From Paraspadella gotoi (taxonomy: Eukaryota; Animalia; Chaetognatha): DNA of 11,080 nt. The notes beneath the pieces are model-generated. The model saw only the letters and a program-made list of their open reading frames with translations. It made no database searches and was not told where the DNA came from. Position numbers and translations under genes: made by a program. Location of the stretch: NCBI GenBank assembly GCA_051294375.1, contig JBJCIZ010000493.1:1-11080 (forward strand). The letters are read 5' to 3'. Of this stretch, positions 7,113-11,080 are shown one piece after another. Within the stretch, counting starts at the first letter, position 1. The number at the start of each line of letters is the position of its first letter.

Positions 7113-8572
7113 CAGTTGCAGGCAACTCCTGGGCGAACTTCACGGCAGTTCCGGGCTCGTTTCCCGAACTCGACATGGTACCAGCAGATGTCGCCTTGCA
7201 CGTCCGTCGCCGCTGAGGATGGTTTCGACAAGGCTGGACGTGGGGCTTCCTGCCGATCGACGCGGTCCATGGGTGTTTGCGCGCCATTGCCGACGGCGCA
7301 GACTTCCGCGGTAAGAAGGAACTGTACTCATCAATGTGGAAGTAGTCCTCAGATATGGCCGTTGACTGCACTGTTACTGTCCTGGGGCTAACTACTATGA
7401 GGTTGCGCTGGTTACTAGGAAGGCGTGTCCGCCGCTTGTGCAGTTTTGCTCAAAGAAGTTGGAATGCTTAAACGCTTGCTCCGGACGGTGGTTGGAGTTT
7501 GCGCAGCATCTGCTAAAAGATTTACGCGAGATGGTCGAGATCTGAGAAGGACGGCCGCAACTGATTGTCGCCTCAACATCCGCGCAGCTCGCTGACGCGG
7601 CTTCTCGTCAAAGAGAGAAAGGAGGCGTTGACAAACATCGCTGTAGGAAGGACAGCGACCAGGTCCGTAAAAATCCTGAAATAGCGGTTGATGTTCTGGA
7701 GGAATTGCGGCGAACACGTGGCTGGCCTTTGAGGCATCATCTACCACATCAGCCACGGTAAATGCTGTATCCACCGCGGCCACCCACAGCTTCATGTTTT
7801 TAGGATCAAACAGCGGCAGTTTCGGGGTCCGCGGACGCGGCTGCTGCGGCGGGGCAGCGGCATAAAAGGAGGTGGATGGCCCCGGCGTCGGGAGAACTGG
7901 AGAGGAGTGCGCGGCCGGCGGGGTGAAGACAGAATCTTCGTTTTCAGTTTGCGTCGTCTCAAGACCGGAAGTGGCGGCGCGTCTACGGCTTGGATTTGGT
8001 CGAGAAGTGGAGCGCGAGTACGAAGGGTTTAGCATCGAAGGGCCAGACGGCGAGGGTGATGATATCGAAGAGACTTGGTCTCTATTAGGCACGACGACGG
8101 GTTCGGCGTTGATGCGGACGCGCTTGGGATCAGTGGCGTCCGAATCTCGTGACGCCGAGTCAAGGCCCGCTGTCTCGGCCGATCGGCGGCGGTTACCCGA
8201 AGTCGAAGCACTGGGTCGTCGTCGTTGGGCCGCGACCAACGGCGCCACGGTGGTTTCATAAAGAGTCTGCACCGCCGTTAGAGCTTGGTCGACTCGGAGG
8301 AGTTGGGGGTCGACGGCCTCACTAACGGCAAGGCGAACCGTCGCGATCATCTCACGGCGCAATTCATCTCATCGGGAAATTGTTCAAACTGGGAGATTGA
8401 GGGATCCAACGGCGACCCGCGTTGAGAGGAACGCGTGAGAGCAGCGCCTCCGACCCTGGCCGACGTTGGGTAGCAACACCTCGGCCTTTCGTGGATAAGA
8501 AAGGTGGCGCCGATTCTCTTCGGGGAGCGTTCCAGGGTTGGCGCTGTCGGATTTTCTTTTCCATCTTGCCAT
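7082..8572 (-). CDS. gag: Gag, frameshifted in this sequence (pieces ~8384-8572, 7415-8362, 7082-7270); start uncertain
   Basis: PKLPLFDPKNMKLWVAAVDTAF...SKASHV...YSDVCQRLL resembles the KLPPFW...LWFAQVEAQF Gag core of CsRn1-like elements. The C-terminal piece has a CWYHVEFGKRARNC...C knuckle and ends WGNAKAGGRM*. Confidence 0.8.
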
Positions 8573-8643
8573 TTGTTCGCGTTTTTACGTTTATTTAATT
8601 TTTGCAAGCGAAAAAAAAAATTTGAGGAAGGTTGCGTTTTAAA

Positions 8644-8665
8644 ATCTTACGTCGGGGTTATCCCA
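8644..8665 (-). promoter_or_regulatory. Primer-binding site, tRNA-Trp-like (imperfect)
   Basis: Minus strand reads TGGGATAACCCCGACGTAAGAT, 3 nt after the 5' LTR. The complement of the eukaryotic tRNA-Trp 3' end is TGGTGACCCCGACGTGAT; the ACCCCGACGT core is exact. Confidence 0.75.
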
Positions 8666-8668
8666 ATT

Positions 8669-9029
8669 TGTGGAACTCTCCAAATGATTGTTTTTTTTAG
8701 GCAAAAAATAGAAGACGTTTTTTCGCATCAAATATTTACATGTAATGCGGTTCAAAAACCATGGACAAACAAATAAAGTAAAAAATCATTAACCAAGGAA
8801 ATATAACAATATTAACAACAATAACAAATAATTACTAGAATTAGCGTTCGTAACGCTCAACAGTAAAATAAACGGTTTATCAGTGGTCGTGAGAAACTTT
8901 CATCACTAAATGGTTCTTCGTTTGAGTTGGTGAGATTCACTAGTGGTGAATTGGTCTTAAGGGTCACCGTCGTCGGGTTTGTCGTCGTGTCTTTTGTCGG
9001 TTCGTCTTCGTCATTTGGGTCGCCCTACA
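8669..9029 (-). repeat. 5' LTR
   Basis: Plus strand starts TGTGGAACTCTCCAAATGATTG and ends TTTGGGTCGCCCTACA. It is colinear with 3405-3758 along its whole length, with many small indels. Confidence 0.9.
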
Positions 9030-9304
9030 ACTTTATATCCAGGTTCAACACACACTTTCCTTACCCCACACAAAAAATTCATTCAAAGTCCGACCATCCA
9101 ATCACGAGTAATCGGCGTGTTTTGCTAAGGCGGACGGACAGAAGAAAGACGGACGGACGGACGGACATCATTTTTATACATAATTTATTATAATTTTATG
9201 GTCTTGGACAAGATTTAGGTTACGCCCGGACAAGATTAAGGGGAGGGACCGACTTAAGTGAATTATAGAGTCGGAATTTGCTGATAAACAGATCCAACTA
9301 AAAA
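9030..9304 (-). mobile_element. DINE-1/HINE-like element, copy A, 5' part (right of the LTR insertion)
   Basis: Reverse-complement similarity to 9555-9830: a degenerate hairpin GTCGGAATTTGCTGATAAACAGATCCAAC (9270-9298), (GGAC)n at ~9130-9166, and the remainder of the interrupted tandem unit. Confidence 0.6.
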
Positions 9305-9554
9305 GAAGATTGCGGTCCTTTGAAAGTACAAATGGCATTTTTGCTCCTTGTTCATCCTTGGAATGTTTAATGGTTAACCTTCATGATACTCCCTCATTTG
9401 TTAACGTCGTGGAACAGGTAAGCTGTAAATTAACTTAAAGGGGACGTCCTCTCTGAATTTAGTAATTGTTAAAAATTCACTGAATTAACATTTTAATTAA
9501 CTTTACTTTTTTTGACAGATCATTGTTCAGGTCGGTAGTTATGTTTTTGAAAAG

Positions 9555-10195
9555 TTTTTAGTCGCGGGATCTGCTTATCAGCAGATCCCGACTCTAATAA
9601 TTCACTTTGTCTGTCCGTCCGGTCCGCCCCCTCAATAATTTTGTTCGAGCACACACTTTATATCATGTCAGAAATCGAATTTATGATATAATTATGCAAA
9701 AAAAAAAATGTCCGTCCGTCCGTCCGTCCCACCTACAAAAAACTCCAATTGACTCGTGTATGATGGATGGATTGGTATTTGAAATTTTGTGTGTGGGTTA
9801 GGAAACTCTGTGATTGAGGATGGATATGAAGTTTCGGGAATCGTTGGGCGAGTGGAAATTGGTTTTTTTTAAATGGAAAAACAAAAAAAATATATTTCAC
9901 TATTTGAACGCCTAATTGCTCATGAGTGGGACTAGGCATTGACTTGGAAATTTTGTATGATCGGTAGGAAAGTGTCTGGATTGAGCTGGTATAAAGTTTT
10001 CGATGGAACTCGTGCGAGGGGAATTGAGGTTATTAAAATAGGAAAACAAAAAATATATTTACTTGAAGTATTTTTACTTAAATACTCATAATTATGTATT
10101 TTATTAAAAATTGGATAGATAAATCGAAATGGAATTTTGTGTGGGGTAGGAAAGTATGTGATTAAAGCTGGATATAAATTTCTTTATGATCGGAC
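9555..10195 (+). mobile_element. DINE-1/HINE-like (Helentron-associated) non-autonomous element, copy B, probably 3'-truncated
   Basis: TTTTTA is followed by an 11-bp hairpin (CGGGATCTGCT-TATC-AGCAGATCCCG, 9565-9590) and GTCY microsatellites (~9608-9625, ~9710-9729). Three diverged tandem units follow, marked by GAAATTTTGT...GGTAGGAAA at ~9781, ~9947 and ~10132. Confidence 0.6.
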
Positions 10196-10569
10196 ATCAT
10201 AGCGCACGCTGACCGAAAACAGACGGAAATTCAGACCTATTCTTCCCAAACACCACCAAAAGACACAACCAAAACCTCTCAACAACCACCACACCGAAAA
10301 AGCCAAAATATCCACTCTGAAAAAAATCGTTTCCTTTTATTATACCCAACCTATAGCAAAAACCAAGCTCCGCTCATCTCTCTCTTGATCTCTTACCAAC
10401 TGTTATTTTTTTATACACTGTGAAATTGATACTTACTCCTATCCTTGCATTCTCGTGCACACACTCTATAGCCACATCCCTCCCAATCACCTACATTAGC
10501 ACACCAAAAACTTAATACAGAGAACCAATTGACAAAAAACTGATACTACGCCCTAGTGTTGCAGAAAAA

Positions 10570-11080
10570 TAATGACCACAATTGTCCTTCTATAAATGAC
10601 TTCTTTGCACTCAGATTTTATACCAGTTGATCCATGAATTATCTCCCTGCAAACGGATTAACAAAATTTGTATCAACCTAGCTATCTGCAAGCCCTATGC
10701 CCACCAAAGCTATTATGCCCTAGACTCTCGCAACTAAATAATACGGCGCAGACTTGACCAATTAGAGCACTATCCAAGACTAAGCATTATGAGCCCAGCC
10801 TAAGCCCAGTTAAGTACCCTCAAAGAATTATGCCAAAAAGGCCGAATGACCAGCAACAATCTCATGGCGCAACACAGCTACCAAATTAGGGCAACAAGTT
10901 GACCAAATCAAGCAAAGTATTTCATGCCAAGTCCAGTCAGCCAAATGTAATAGCTCCAAGAATGACAAAATCCGTATTTTCAGTACACCATCATATAGAA
11001 CCAAAAATACACCAAAATACCTGTCAAGAAATACTACCCCAAACTCCCCCAAATATGTCCTAAGCCATCTCGAACACGAC
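10570..11080 (+). pseudogene. Possible decayed retroelement ORF (Penelope-like N-terminus?), running off the window
   Basis: Strongly A/C-skewed sequence. A stop-free frame at 10850-11080 ends PNSPKYVLSHLEHD, loosely like the NLS..LS..E..VL.KGL segment preceding PLE RT. No catalytic motif is visible. Confidence 0.25.

Larger units (their letters stand above)
3405..9029 (-). mobile_element. Full-length Ty3/Gypsy LTR retrotransposon, CsRn1/Kabuki-like clade
   Basis: Two ~355-bp direct repeats with TG...CA ends (3405-3758, 8669-9029). PBS lies next to the right LTR and PPT next to the left LTR. Minus-strand order is gag, protease (LVDTGA), RT, RNase H, integrase. Flanks are AACT|TG...CA|ACTT, a probable 4-bp TSD with a 1-nt slip. 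Confidence 0.95.

Noticed and set aside
3677-8261. Many plus-strand ORFs of 60-170 aa antisense to gag/pol
   Set aside because: Expected shadow ORFs of GC-rich coding sequence, with no independent motifs.
8504-9939. Short ORFs overlapping the 5' LTR and HINE copies
   Set aside because: They lie in non-coding repeats, cross element boundaries and show no protein motifs.
9555-10195. CRISPR array or bacterial terminator reading of the hairpin and spaced repeats
   Set aside because: The context is eukaryotic, the units are long diverged tandem repeats without unique spacers, and no cas genes are present.

Overview
AT-rich eukaryotic (probably invertebrate) repeat-rich DNA with no clearly supported host gene. 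The main feature is a full-length Ty3/Gypsy LTR retrotransposon on the minus strand (~3405-9029). Its Trp-tRNA-like PBS, CHCC Gag knuckle, GGGAAAC -1 frameshift and PR-RT-RH-IN order place it in or near the CsRn1/Kabuki clade. Gag and RT carry clustered small indels that look like uncorrected long-read errors, while RNase H-integrase is one clean frame. The element sits inside a ~180-bp tandem unit of a DINE-1/HINE-like (Helentron-associated) non-autonomous element. A second, oppositely oriented copy of that family lies ~250 bp away. At 575-694 a 30-bp inverted repeat encloses a 5'-truncated minimal hammerhead motif of the Penelope type. The right end may hold a decayed Penelope-like ORF. Family assignments come from motif recognition only; no searches were run.
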